Source: an uncultured Candidatus Saccharibacteria bacterium (GTDB lineage: Bacteria; Patescibacteriota; Minisyncoccia; Phycocordibacterales; Phycocordibacteraceae). Taken from it: a stretch of DNA of 64,000 bases. Shown here one piece after another: positions 26,999 to 35,504 of this stretch. Position 1 is the stretch's first letter, and each line of letters opens with the position of its first letter. The stretch spans positions 12,087 through 76,086 of the forward strand of contig CAZYRK010000002.1 of the NCBI GenBank assembly GCA_964650475.1, read 5' to 3'. Under the pieces are notes generated by a model. That model had not been told where the DNA came from. It saw nothing but the letters and a program-made list of their open reading frames with translations, and ran no database searches. The position numbers were made by a program, and so were the translations under genes.

Positions 26999-27628
26999 TT
27001 ATGTTTGCCAATTAACGATAAGAATATTGAAGTCGAGGATACCGACAACATCGTTGCCATTTAGATCGGCATCAATATTGCTTCCTTTCTGACCCCAGTG
27101 AACCAAAAGAGCATTGAAGTCGAGAATATCTACCTTTCCATCGTGATTTATATCACCGGCGGGGTAGGTTGTACTGACTGGTGTGTAGCTTCCGCCTCCG
27201 CCACCGCCTCCGCCTGAAGAAGGTGCTGGTGAATCGTTCTCGTTAATAACATACGTGAACGAAGCAAGCGGTGAGGTTTTCGATCCGTAACACGCGACAG
27301 CTCGCAATAATGCGGAACCTGTAACCTGAACAGGTTCTGCTGTGTCATAAACCATACCATTATTACAGGAAAGTTCAAGGTCTCTCGTGTTAATCATGTA
27401 GTGAATAGACGAGGCACCGGAAGCCGACAAAGCAACGCTCTGCGCTTCATCGTATGTACCACCTGTCGGTGTGGCTGTTGGTTTTGCCATAACAAACCCT
27501 GTTACTCCTGTGCTCACATTACCTGCGTTTGACCCTTCGCCAGGGGCAATCGTCTGCCAACCTGTCGTAGAAGCAAATGCTGGTGTCGCAAGAGCTAAAG
27601 AAAATATAACTGCAAAGATGTATTTCAT
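26999..27628 (-). CDS. Secreted protein with C-terminal dockerin-type module (two Ca-binding repeats)
   Basis: 209 aa with a signal peptide, poly-Gly linker, then GDINHDGKVDILDFNALLVHW and DLNGNDVVGILDFNILIVNW, which are tandem dockerin-like EF-hand repeats. Confidence 0.6.
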   Translation of the reverse strand: MKYIFAVIFSLALATPAFASTTGWQTIAPGEGSNAGNVSTGVTGFVMAKPTATPTGGTYDEAQSVALSASGASSIHYMINTRDLELSCNNGMVYDTAEPVQVTGSALLRAVACYGSKTSPLASFTYVINENDSPAPSSGGGGGGGGSYTPVSTTYPAGDINHDGKVDILDFNALLVHWGQKGSNIDADLNGNDVVGILDFNILIVNWQT

Positions 27629-27648
27629 AATGATATTTTCTAATCAGT

Positions 27649-30600
27649 TTATAATGTAGGGGCTTCTGACTTAAATGCGTACGACGATGAGTACGACAAT
27701 CCTTCAGCACTATCTGTCGGTACTTTCATCTCTACAACAACCTGCACTTGCCTTCCCGGAACAGTAGGATACATATCTGCATTTGCGTTTAATGTAATCG
27801 GTCCTGCAAACGTATTTGCTGAATCAATCATCATTGCGGTGCTTGCACTGTTTGCATCCGATGATTGCGGACTATAGAAACGAATGTTTCCATCTGCAGG
27901 AATTATATTTACGCCATCACTCGTTTTGAAATCTTTAAACTTCATTGATAGATCCGTTTCGTTCGTCGGTACCGTTACGTCAAACACCCAGCTCCATCCG
28001 TTTTCAAACGTACTGCCGACTGTCGCCATGGTGCTACTTGCGGTAACTCTAGTAACACCGAGCGAAGCAATATCATTAAACACGATATACATAACCGGAA
28101 CATTCACAGTATCTCCTGTTGATGAAGTTACTATCACATTGTAGGCATGGTAACCAAGCGCAGATGCATCTGTTGGTGTCGCTACCGTTAGCGTTGTTCC
28201 GTCTGTGTCAACGCTTGTTGCTACACCGTTTACAGTAGTGCTCTCTACACCGGTAGTTTCAAACTGCAAACCATTTACAAAGCGAGCAGACGCCTGTGTA
28301 GAGGTGTACGCCGTAAGTAGCGGGTCTCCATTTAGGATAAGTGTCGGGATTATAGGGGTAATTGTATTTGCATTTACGTTGTACGCTACTGTAATATTTG
28401 TGAAGTTACCTGTTGGTGAAGTTACAACAACATTATACACATGAAGCCCAAGAGTGGTTGCGCCTGCAATAGTTGTTGTGGCGGCATTGGCGTCTCCAAC
28501 CAAAGTTGCACTTATTCCGTTGACAGTAACACTCGCTGCACCAGTCAATGTGAATTGCAATCCGTCAGTAAAGCGAGCTCCTGCTTCCGTTGCTGTATAT
28601 GGAGAAGCAATTGCATCTCCATACAGTGCGATAGTTGGTGTTATAGGAGTAACAGTATTTGCATTTACTTGATACCCAACTGTTTTGGTTACGGTATTTC
28701 CTGTTGAGGAAGTAACTTTTACTGTGTACAAGTGCAATCCGAGAGTTACGGCACCCGTAGATGTCACTGCGGTTAGTGCTCCATTTCCACTTGTCGGTAC
28801 AGTTACGCTCGTTCCGTTAACAGTAGCGCTTATGGCGTTTGTGACATCAAACTGCAATCCGTTAGTAAACCTGCTTGTCGCCTGATCAACCGTGTATGGT
28901 GATGCGATTGCATCGCCATCAAGTATAAGGGTCGGTTGTACGACGGGGGTTGCGGTGAATTCAATTGTATTGGCTCCAGTAGCTGTTCCACCCACTTCTG
29001 TGGCAGTCACATTGACCCACCCGGCAATAGTATTGGTTATCGTAGTGGCTGTGCTACCGAGCGCTCCCATAGTGAGAAGATTTAAACCAAATGAAGCCCC
29101 GTTGTCTCCGATAAGTGTGAGCTTGGTTGAACTATCATTTACTACTGTGTAGTCACTCGCGTCTTTTGCCGTAACAGTAAGAGTTGAATCATGATTTACC
29201 TCTTGTGGATTCGTGCCAAAGCTCAGGTCAAACGAAGCGATCGGGTCGATTGAAACTAATGTACAAGTAAATGTGTTTGTTCCATTACCATCATTAACAG
29301 GAACATCCGTACAGAATGGGCTGAAATCTATGTTATCTGATGCAGATGATCCGATTCCTGATGGGTTAAGAGCGTCATTTTCAGGTCCTGTTTTATCACC
29401 CCACCAGTTTTTCTCTGCGTTGAATGAGCTATTGCTCCACGCGCCATTAAGAACGTTACCTGCTATATTATTTTCGCTCGCCGTGATAGAAGGCTCTGTA
29501 GTATTCCCTGTTGTGTAATCTCTTACTAAGATACCGTAATCGTTTGAGTTAATTGTGTTGTTGTTAATAGAACCTGTTGTTCCAAATTCGTTATAGCCAA
29601 AATAACTAAACCATTGGTCTGCACTCCATACGGCAATTCCTGTTGGATATGCGTTTCCTGTATGAGCAAGACCTGTAATATCATTGTTGTGAATATTTAC
29701 AGCATTAGATCCTACAGACCAAACGCCAAACTGGTTATTGGTAAGAGTGTTACCTGATACTTCAACAGTGCCAGAAGTGTGATACAAAAGGATTCCCGCT
29801 GCTCCATCTGCCGTTGTATCTGTTGTTGGATTATTATCAGTAGAATATGTGTAAATACCAGTCCAAACATTGTCTTTAACTGTATTGTTTTTGACCTTCC
29901 CAGTGGCGCCAAAACCAATTTGAATACCGTTTTGAGCGATTGAAGTAGTTGGACCCATGCCTGTTACTGTGTTGTCGTGGATATTTGCTGTCATGTCGGG
30001 ATAATTCGCAGTAATACCATTTTTTAGATAGTCAGAAACAACGTTGTCTTTAACTTCCAATGAAACCGATGTGGCATCATGCCCAACCAAATACATTCCT
30101 CCGCCATTATGGATATTGATACCGCTAATATCCATATTAGCAATTACACCACTAGTGTCTCGATAAAAGATGCCAACGAGTTCCGCACTAGAAGGTGTCG
30201 ATGTAATAAGAGAGCCATCTATTTTGAATCCGTGAATGTTAACAGTTTCTCCGTTTGTATTTACTCCGATAATAGGAGCTGTGTCTTTATTACTGCTATC
30301 AGTTCCTCTCGCAAAAAGTTGAAATGCACTAGCTGTTGCTTGAGATGGTTTAATAATAGTTGTGTTCCCTGCACCTTGAAGCGTTAAGGATTTGTTAATT
30401 ACAACTTGTTCGTCATAAGTTCCAGCGGCGACATCAATCGTTGTAATTCCATCAACAGAAGCATCGATTGCCCCTTGAATTGTTGCAAAATCTGGTGTTC
30501 CTGTTTTTGCCACGGTCAAGATTCCGTCAATATCGTATACAAACGATACTGACCTTGAAACTGTGTTCCCTGCCTCATCTGTGACAGTAAGGTTAATAAT

Positions 30601-32235
30601 ATGTCGTCCATCAGTAAGGTTTGAAATTGTATTACTCACTTCCCCACCCGATGTACAACTAACAAGTACCGAGCTTCCGCTATCTATCGTGTAAGAACAT
30701 GTGAGCAGGCTTGCATCAGTCGGAGTAAATATAAGTGTTGGGTTCGAATTGTGGTAGACAACATTCTCACCTGGCGAGAGAAAATCGGGGATCGTCGGAT
30801 TCGTGGTATCAATAACAAAAGTGTGTGTGCCATTAGATACCATTACGTTACCCGCAGCATCTGCTCCGTCAGTCAAAGTTATCGTAGCTGTACCATCTGA
30901 GCTGGGTTGGGTAATTGTGTAATCATAAGTCCATGTATCAGTTGGGGCTGTACCTAACATAGGTGTTGCTGAAACAGTATCAATGGTTCCAGCCGTATCA
31001 ATCGCGATTTGCGGTGCTGTTGTTAATGGCTCGCTGAATTTTACAGTGATTGTATGTGTTCCGGCATTGAAGTATTGTCCATCACTACTTACAGCATCGG
31101 TTGCAGTTGAGACCGTCGGCTTCGTTTTATCAAAAGTAACAGTACTACTATCAGTTGTATTCGTTACTTGTATACCTGAATTACCAGCCACGTCACTAAA
31201 ATCAATCGCGAAAGGAACTACCCTCTCGGAGTCACTTGATTGCATCGTATAAGTAGCTGCCCAAGAAGCTCCCGAACCAGTTACTAACGCTGAATTTCCA
31301 CCAATAGTTACTGTCAGGGTTTGAATATCCTCATCGGCAGTGATGTTCACTGTAATCTTGTCACCAACCTTAGCAAAACTTGAATTAGAATTTTCCGAAG
31401 TTATACCTACAGTACTTAATGTAGGTGCTGTTTGATCAACATAAATAGTACCATCGCTTGGAGTACCTGTTGTAGAATTGCCGGCATTGTCTGTAATGAC
31501 TGCTCCAAGTGTAATATTTTTACCGTCAGCAAAACCAGTCAATGCTTCAAAGGTTGATGCTTGGATACTTATCGTGGTTGTGTTTCCAGTACTATTGTCA
31601 ATATTTACCGATGAACCCAAGTCCACAAAACTACCGCTGCCAATCTGTGCCTGAAGTTGAATATTCCCACCTATTAGTGAGCTGTCACTGGAGTCTACAG
31701 GAACGACAACCTTCAATGCCGTGTTAGTAGAGTTCCATTTACCAGAAACAACATTTCCACCTGACGCAGTAACACCTCCAACCGTAAAGCTAGCTGGTGC
31801 TGTGGTGTCAATAACAAATTTATGTGAACTATCAGATGCCATCACATTGCCAGCAACATCTGTTCCATCAGTCAGAGTTATCGTAGCTGTACCATCTGAG
31901 CTGGGTTGGGTAATTGTGTAATCATAAGTCCATGTATCAGTTGGGGCTGTACCTAACATAGGTGTTGCTGAAACAGTATCAATGGTTCCAGCCGTATCAA
32001 TCGCGATTTGCGGTGCTGTTGTTAATGGCTCGCTGAATTTTACAGTGATTGTATGTGTTCCGGCATTGAAGTATTGTCCATCACTACTTACAGCATCGGT
32101 TGCAGTTGAGACCGTTGGGATTTGTGTATCTACTTTTACTTCTTTTGAACTTCCGACAACTTCAACATTTCCTGCATTGTCTGTTGATTTCCATACTATG
32201 AAGTTAGTACCGTCAGGAACCGCAAACGGATCCAA
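27649..32235 (-). CDS. Giant surface protein (beta-helix/PbH1 repeats, Big-like repeats), C-terminal 1528 codons
   Basis: Parallel beta-helix repeat stretch (..NNTIIKP..NIHNNDITG..), duplicated ~100-aa module, and three ~95-aa C-terminal repeats. The same frame continues upstream through a TAG into ORF 32362-32826. Confidence 0.7.
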   Translation of the reverse strand: MDPFAVPDGTNFIVWKSTDNAGNVEVVGSSKEVKVDTQIPTVSTATDAVSSDGQYFNAGTHTITVKFSEPLTTAPQIAIDTAGTIDTVSATPMLGTAPTDTWTYDYTITQPSSDGTATITLTDGTDVAGNVMASDSSHKFVIDTTAPASFTVGGVTASGGNVVSGKWNSTNTALKVVVPVDSSDSSLIGGNIQLQAQIGSGSFVDLGSSVNIDNSTGNTTTISIQASTFEALTGFADGKNITLGAVITDNAGNSTTGTPSDGTIYVDQTAPTLSTVGITSENSNSSFAKVGDKITVNITADEDIQTLTVTIGGNSALVTGSGASWAATYTMQSSDSERVVPFAIDFSDVAGNSGIQVTNTTDSSTVTFDKTKPTVSTATDAVSSDGQYFNAGTHTITVKFSEPLTTAPQIAIDTAGTIDTVSATPMLGTAPTDTWTYDYTITQPSSDGTATITLTDGADAAGNVMVSNGTHTFVIDTTNPTIPDFLSPGENVVYHNSNPTLIFTPTDASLLTCSYTIDSGSSVLVSCTSGGEVSNTISNLTDGRHIINLTVTDEAGNTVSRSVSFVYDIDGILTVAKTGTPDFATIQGAIDASVDGITTIDVAAGTYDEQVVINKSLTLQGAGNTTIIKPSQATASAFQLFARGTDSSNKDTAPIIGVNTNGETVNIHGFKIDGSLITSTPSSAELVGIFYRDTSGVIANMDISGINIHNGGGMYLVGHDATSVSLEVKDNVVSDYLKNGITANYPDMTANIHDNTVTGMGPTTSIAQNGIQIGFGATGKVKNNTVKDNVWTGIYTYSTDNNPTTDTTADGAAGILLYHTSGTVEVSGNTLTNNQFGVWSVGSNAVNIHNNDITGLAHTGNAYPTGIAVWSADQWFSYFGYNEFGTTGSINNNTINSNDYGILVRDYTTGNTTEPSITASENNIAGNVLNGAWSNSSFNAEKNWWGDKTGPENDALNPSGIGSSASDNIDFSPFCTDVPVNDGNGTNTFTCTLVSIDPIASFDLSFGTNPQEVNHDSTLTVTAKDASDYTVVNDSSTKLTLIGDNGASFGLNLLTMGALGSTATTITNTIAGWVNVTATEVGGTATGANTIEFTATPVVQPTLILDGDAIASPYTVDQATSRFTNGLQFDVTNAISATVNGTSVTVPTSGNGALTAVTSTGAVTLGLHLYTVKVTSSTGNTVTKTVGYQVNANTVTPITPTIALYGDAIASPYTATEAGARFTDGLQFTLTGAASVTVNGISATLVGDANAATTTIAGATTLGLHVYNVVVTSPTGNFTNITVAYNVNANTITPIIPTLILNGDPLLTAYTSTQASARFVNGLQFETTGVESTTVNGVATSVDTDGTTLTVATPTDASALGYHAYNVIVTSSTGDTVNVPVMYIVFNDIASLGVTRVTASSTMATVGSTFENGWSWVFDVTVPTNETDLSMKFKDFKTSDGVNIIPADGNIRFYSPQSSDANSASTAMMIDSANTFAGPITLNANADMYPTVPGRQVQVVVEMKVPTDSAEGLSYSSSYAFKSEAPTL

Positions 32236-32361
32236 ATACGCAGACCAATGCGTTCCGTCGTCAAGACTATAGCTTGTTGAGGAACATCCGCTTCCTGTAA
32301 CTCCGCTAACGATATTGTCATTACATGTAAGTGTAACTGTTGGTGCTGACGTTGACGTATA

Positions 32362-32826
32362 CTATCCTGTAGAACTTGGATTTTCAGGAGAAATAGAATA
32401 TGTAGTTTCAGGTGCGGTGTTATCTATGGTGAAAGTTTTAGAAAAACCGGACCCTCCATTCGCTCCAGTAACACGCACCTTGTATGTACCGTCATCAACA
32501 TTAATCGTATTCCATAAATAAGATTCCGTACTAATTGAATTTGCACCAGTTATTGGTACCGGTGTTACCCCATTAGAGAAATCGGAAGAGTATACTAAAG
32601 TATACGGAGATGAGGTGTTTGCATTATTTATAGAACTCCATGTAATGTTTTTACTGCCACGCACATATAATATATTTGATACTGTAGTACCTGATACACT
32701 TACTTCATAAGATGCTGATGTAGCACGTACCTGACCGATGAAGAACCCGCCCATTATGACCGTGATAATTGAGAACATTGCAATGAAGGTCGCTTTGCGT
32801 CCAAAGCGAGAATACAAATTATTCAT
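32362..32826 (-). CDS. N-terminal signal-anchor segment of the giant surface protein (separated from the rest by in-frame TAG at 32362-32364)
   Basis: MNNLYSRFGRKATFIAMFSIITVIMGGFFIG is a signal anchor. It ends ..SISPENPSSTG-TAG-YTSTSAPTV.., in frame with 27649-32235. Confidence 0.6.
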   Translation of the reverse strand: MNNLYSRFGRKATFIAMFSIITVIMGGFFIGQVRATSASYEVSVSGTTVSNILYVRGSKNITWSSINNANTSSPYTLVYSSDFSNGVTPVPITGANSISTESYLWNTINVDDGTYKVRVTGANGGSGFSKTFTIDNTAPETTYSISPENPSSTG

Positions 32827-33037
32827 ACATTTAAGTGTTAGTGGTATTAAAAGGTACCTTTTTTATTTTCTTTCACGTTCGGTTTTTCACGGGTTTTTCA
32901 CAGATACAAATCGCCCAAGCGTTTTGTATCTACATCCTCCTCTTTACGGCGTAGTAAGTCAATATTGTGTTTTTTGAGAAATACTTGATAATTTGTGGCG
33001 GTTTTTTGGGAAGGTGCGGGTGGGTTGGAGATTCGGG

Positions 33038-33092
33038 AGCACACACAAAGCGCCGCGCGGGCTTCGCCCGCGCGGCGCTTTGTGTGTGCTCC
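33038..33092. terminator. Long GC-rich hairpin (27-bp stem)
   Basis: GGGAGCACACACAAAGCGCCGCGCGGGC-TTC-GCCCGCGCGGCGCTTTGTGTGTGCTCCC lies downstream of gene 33130-33606. Confidence 0.45.
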
Positions 33093-33129
33093 CGTTATAA
33101 CTATATATAAAGGAGTGTTTTTTTGAAAA

Positions 33130-33606
33130 CTATGCCGGACTAAGAGGGCTCTTCACAGCCTGGTGCACGAAACGCACTGAAATAGCGACTGTGTTTACAA
33201 TCTCTTTGCCAAAAGTCTTTTCCGGCTCAAGACTAATAATCTCATAATGATACGTGCCTTCGCTTGTTACCGGAAAGCCGTTAAATTGTGCTCGGAAACG
33301 TGCGCGTTTGTGTTCGGCTTGCAAGGCTACCTCTGCTTTGTTTTCGTGTAGTATCTTTCCGCTAGGGTCGCGCAAAAGAACCTTAAACTTTAGAGAAAGA
33401 GGCGTGCCTGTTTCTTCACGCACCCACATACTCACCATATGGTGGTTTACCGGGATTACGGAATTATCGGGGACAGCCCCTGAAACCTGAAGTGTAAGCT
33501 CTTCCAGAATGTCAAAAAGCGAGACAGTGTTATTGTCACGATCGATAGAGGAAGAAAGCGAAACTATCGCCCACGCGTTTTGTAGTGTTTCTTTATTCAT
33601 AGTCAA
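33130..33606 (-). CDS. Hypothetical protein
   Basis: 158-aa ORF, no recognisable family. Confidence 0.4.
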   Translation of the reverse strand: MTMNKETLQNAWAIVSLSSSIDRDNNTVSLFDILEELTLQVSGAVPDNSVIPVNHHMVSMWVREETGTPLSLKFKVLLRDPSGKILHENKAEVALQAEHKRARFRAQFNGFPVTSEGTYHYEIISLEPEKTFGKEIVNTVAISVRFVHQAVKSPLSPA

Positions 33607-33625
33607 TATTCAGTTAATTTTTAAA

Positions 33626-34270
33626 CTAGCCACCGACGAGTAGCCGAAAAATAAAAAGTACGAGAGCGTAGAAAGGTCCAGAGAGTACTGTTACAAAAAC
33701 AAAAAGCACCGCGAGAAGCCCTATTGGCCCTAAGGCGCGTATGCGCTGTTCAAAAGCACGCACGGATACGGAATAGCGATACGGCAAAGCACTGGCAAGA
33801 ATGGTGTACCCGTCAAAAGGAGGAATAGGTATAAGATTAAACAACCCGAGAAACAGGTTTGTGATAACAATAAGCTGTGCAAAAACTACAGCGGAAGCCG
33901 GAAGCCCTATTGAAAGAGCTACTCTGGCAACAAGAGCAAAGATAAGCGCTAAAAGAATGTTTGAAAGAGGTCCAGCCAAAGCTACCAGCGTCTCTCCCCA
34001 CCGCTGATGCTTCAAGTTATACGGATTATAAGGAACGGGTTTTGCCCAACCAAAGAGAATACTCGAGTGCGTAAAGATTAAAAATGCCGGAATAAGTATG
34101 GAACCGATTATGTCGATATGAGGAATCGGGTTCAGTGTGAGGCGTCCTGCCATGCGTGCGGTTGGGTCGCCAAGAGCGTTCGCGGAAAAGCCATGAGCGA
34201 CCTCGTGCACGATAACCGAAAACACTAGTATTATGATTGCAAAAATGGATGTGTCCAACGTGAGTTGCAT
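33626..34270 (-). CDS. Site-2 protease family (M50) membrane metalloprotease
   Basis: HEVAHG zinc motif, multiple TM helices. The start is chosen at MQLTLD to avoid overlap with rpmB. Confidence 0.75.
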   Translation of the reverse strand: MQLTLDTSIFAIIILVFSVIVHEVAHGFSANALGDPTARMAGRLTLNPIPHIDIIGSILIPAFLIFTHSSILFGWAKPVPYNPYNLKHQRWGETLVALAGPLSNILLALIFALVARVALSIGLPASAVVFAQLIVITNLFLGLFNLIPIPPFDGYTILASALPYRYSVSVRAFEQRIRALGPIGLLAVLFVFVTVLSGPFYALVLFIFRLLVGG

Positions 34271-34305
34271 AATAAGGTATTTGCATGGTACCATGCCTCG
34301 TACAT

Positions 34306-34548
34306 ATGGCACGCATTTGCGAAATCACAGGAAAGACATCCCAAGTAGGCGGGCGGTACTCAAACCGTACGCGTGCTACGCAATATAACCCGACAGGCAA
34401 AACACGCCGTCAGCCGAATCTTCAGAAGCGTCGTATCTTCGTTCCGGAGATAAATAAGACCGTTATTGTAAACATTTCAGTAAAAGCAATGCGTATTATT
34501 AAAAAGAACGGAGCTTTTGCCACTCTTAAAAAGGCGGGGTTGGTGTAG
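34306..34548 (+). CDS. rpmB: 50S ribosomal protein L28
   Basis: MARICEITGKTSQVGGRYSNRTRATQYNPTGKTRRQPNLQKRRIF... is L28-like. The start is at the internal MARICE. Confidence 0.85.
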   Translation: MARICEITGKTSQVGGRYSNRTRATQYNPTGKTRRQPNLQKRRIFVPEINKTVIVNISVKAMRIIKKNGAFATLKKAGLV

Positions 34549-34564
34549 ATTGGTAGAGAAAAGT

Positions 34565-34603
34565 AAAAGCGCGGGTCGCAAAGCGACCCGCGCTTTTACT
34601 TTT
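34565..34603. terminator. Bidirectional hairpin terminator
   Basis: AGTAAAAGCGCGGGTCGC-AAA-GCGACCCGCGCTTTTACT lies between convergent rpmB and the comEC MBL gene. Confidence 0.5.
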
Positions 34604-35450
34604 TCACCCACACGCTGTACCCGTCACTTGCAAAGGCAATGCTGTGCGTACGAGTTGTGTACACCGAAATATTTTGCGATGTGAGCATTTTTAATGTGCT
34701 CGGCGCCGGATACCCGTATTTATTTTCTCCTACTGAAATAACAGCGTAGCGCGGGTGCACCGAAAGAAGCCATTTTAGGTCTATAGAGTTTCGTGCTCCA
34801 AAATGCCCAATGGAAAGAACATCGCTTGAGAGTTTCTCTCCACTATTAAAAGCTACCAGCCGGAGCTCTATTTTACGCGAGACATCGCTGGGCAAAAGAA
34901 ATGACGTTTTCCCATACACCACGCGCAAAACAACAGAGTTGTTTTGCGCGTTTGTTTTAGAGGCACCATGTTCCGGAGAGAGTACTTTTATGTACGCTCC
35001 TTTGCCGATATCAAAACGCATTCCGCGCACGGCTCGCAAGTGCAACAAGTGCGGTACGCGCCCTGCAAATTCTGCCGTCAAACGTGAGGAGGTGGTTTGG
35101 TTTGGTGCACCCGAAGTTATAAAAGCTCCAACATGATACCTACTTAAAATTTTTGCCAGTCCTCCGGTGTTACCGGCACTCGGGTTGGTTTCAATAACAA
35201 CAGAAATATTTCTATCGAGCGGATTAAGCACGGAGGAGAGCGCGCGAAGCGTTGCGGAGTCACGCCCTCCGTCGATAAGTATATTTGCACCGGTGGGGCT
35301 ACGCACAAGTACCGCGCGAGCGTTTCCGACTTTAAGAAAAGAAACTGTTAAATTTTCCTTACCGAAAGAAATTTGCGCGCGCATTATAAAAAACAACATA
35401 AAGAGGAGTGCGGTTATCAGAAAATACGATACTTTGCGTTTTGCGTTCAT
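34596..35450 (-). CDS. comEC: ComEC-type metallo-beta-lactamase-fold domain protein (separate ORF with own N-terminal TM)
   Basis: 284 aa, ..ILIDGGRDS.. MBL-fold pattern typical of the ComEC C-terminal nuclease domain. An N-terminal hydrophobic anchor is present. Confidence 0.65.
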   Translation of the reverse strand: MNAKRKVSYFLITALLFMLFFIMRAQISFGKENLTVSFLKVGNARAVLVRSPTGANILIDGGRDSATLRALSSVLNPLDRNISVVIETNPSAGNTGGLAKILSRYHVGAFITSGAPNQTTSSRLTAEFAGRVPHLLHLRAVRGMRFDIGKGAYIKVLSPEHGASKTNAQNNSVVLRVVYGKTSFLLPSDVSRKIELRLVAFNSGEKLSSDVLSIGHFGARNSIDLKWLLSVHPRYAVISVGENKYGYPAPSTLKMLTSQNISVYTTRTHSIAFASDGYSVWVKK

Positions 35451-35504
35451 TACTTATGAGGATACCGTATGGCGGTTTCTTGTTCAGTTCCAAATGCGTA
35501 TTTT

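Noticed and set aside
32236-32364. Frameshift as the reason the giant gene is split into two ORFs
   Set aside because: Codon-by-codon reading shows both ORFs are in the same frame, and the split is a single in-frame TAG, not an indel.
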